This document shows, in pieces, positions 16,358 through 16,939 of a DNA stretch of 16,939 bases. Position 1 is the first letter of the stretch. Every line of letters starts with the position of its first letter. Source of the stretch: Candidatus Bathyarchaeia archaeon (GTDB taxonomy: Archaea; Thermoproteota; Bathyarchaeia; TCS64); the NCBI GenBank assembly GCA_050014495.1, contig JBEKDF010000052.1, positions 1 to 16,939 on the forward strand, written 5' to 3'. The notes under the pieces are model-generated. The model had not been told where the DNA came from. It saw only the letters and a list, made by a program, of their open reading frames with translations, and searched no databases. The position numbers were made by a program, and so were the translations under genes.

Positions 16358-16629
16358 CCCCTTTCTACGGTTAATAATATTCGACGTTAAGTTAAATACG
16401 TTTTATTAGCTTCATATTTTTTATATTAATGGCCGCGCACATTAACACTGACGATTAATTAGTATGTCGACTAAACTCTACTAAGAGATGTAATTGCGCA
16501 TCAATAAAAAGACATGAAATGGACTAAGGTGTTGAACTGGTAACAGTTAGCTTAGGGGCAAATTTCTTACCAATAAAAACGCAATCTATGCAAATTATTA
16601 AAGCTACATGATTTATGTTTTAAGACAAT

Positions 16630-16939
16630 ATGGTCGAAGAATTTGATATATTGATCAAGAACGCAAACATCGTTGATGGGGTAAATAAAAGATTCAAAGG
16701 TTCGCTTGGTGTGAATGGTGAGCGCATTAGTGAAATAGGCGAGATAAAGGGGGACGCTAAGAAGATCATAGATGCCGAAGGTCTCATTGCTACGCCCGGC
16801 TTCATAGATTCTCATTCACACGCCGATTGGAGCCTACCCTGGTACCCTAATTGTGAGAGCGAAGTCATGCAGGGATGCACCACAGTGGTATCTGGGATGT
16901 GTGGTGATTCACCTGGGCCAATTAAGGAATTCCTCAGCC
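16630..16939 (+). CDS. D-aminoacylase / N-acyl-D-amino-acid deacylase (amidohydrolase), 5' partial
   Basis: MVEEFDILIKNANIVDG...IIDAEGLIATPGFIDSHSHAD...MQGCTTVVSGMCGDSPGP; runs off the window end and is not in the ORF track. Confidence 0.88.
   Translation, partial: MVEEFDILIKNANIVDGVNKRFKGSLGVNGERISEIGEIKGDAKKIIDAEGLIATPGFIDSHSHADWSLPWYPNCESEVMQGCTTVVSGMCGDSPGPIKEFLS

Noticed and set aside
1860..16600. Integron attC sites between modules
   Set aside because: I found no paired RYYYAAC/GTTRRRY boxes with long imperfect hairpins, genes lie in both orientations, and no intI is present.
16567..16815. Minus-strand ORFs at the window end
   Set aside because: Antisense to the plus-strand D-aminoacylase starting at 16630.

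Overview
An archaeal accessory region (Bathyarchaeia-like is my inference from the gene families, TATA-type promoters and TTG/GTG starts). It holds a tandem array of three paralogous single-TM, DUF4760-like genes sharing a ~30-bp upstream motif. The third gene has an in-frame TAG, and a fourth motif copy has no gene behind it. Also present are three type II PIN toxin-antitoxin pairs, two Fic proteins, a tnpB-only IS200/IS605 element with readable ends and omega-RNA, an AAA_14/DUF4143 ATPase, and a Gfo/Idh/MocA oxidoreductase. The rest comprises a beta-propeller/Ig/degenerate M50-like membrane protein, a flavodoxin, an MFS transporter, an unannotated 55-aa Zn-finger ORF, two hypothetical proteins and the 5' part of a D-aminoacylase. 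The main unexplained signal is about 25 short alternating purine-pyrimidine tracts (GCGCGCGCG, GCGCACGCG) concentrated in AT-rich intergenic gaps. Several coincide with apparent rearrangement junctions, including an orphan copy of the ATPase promoter plus 8 codons that stops at such a tract.
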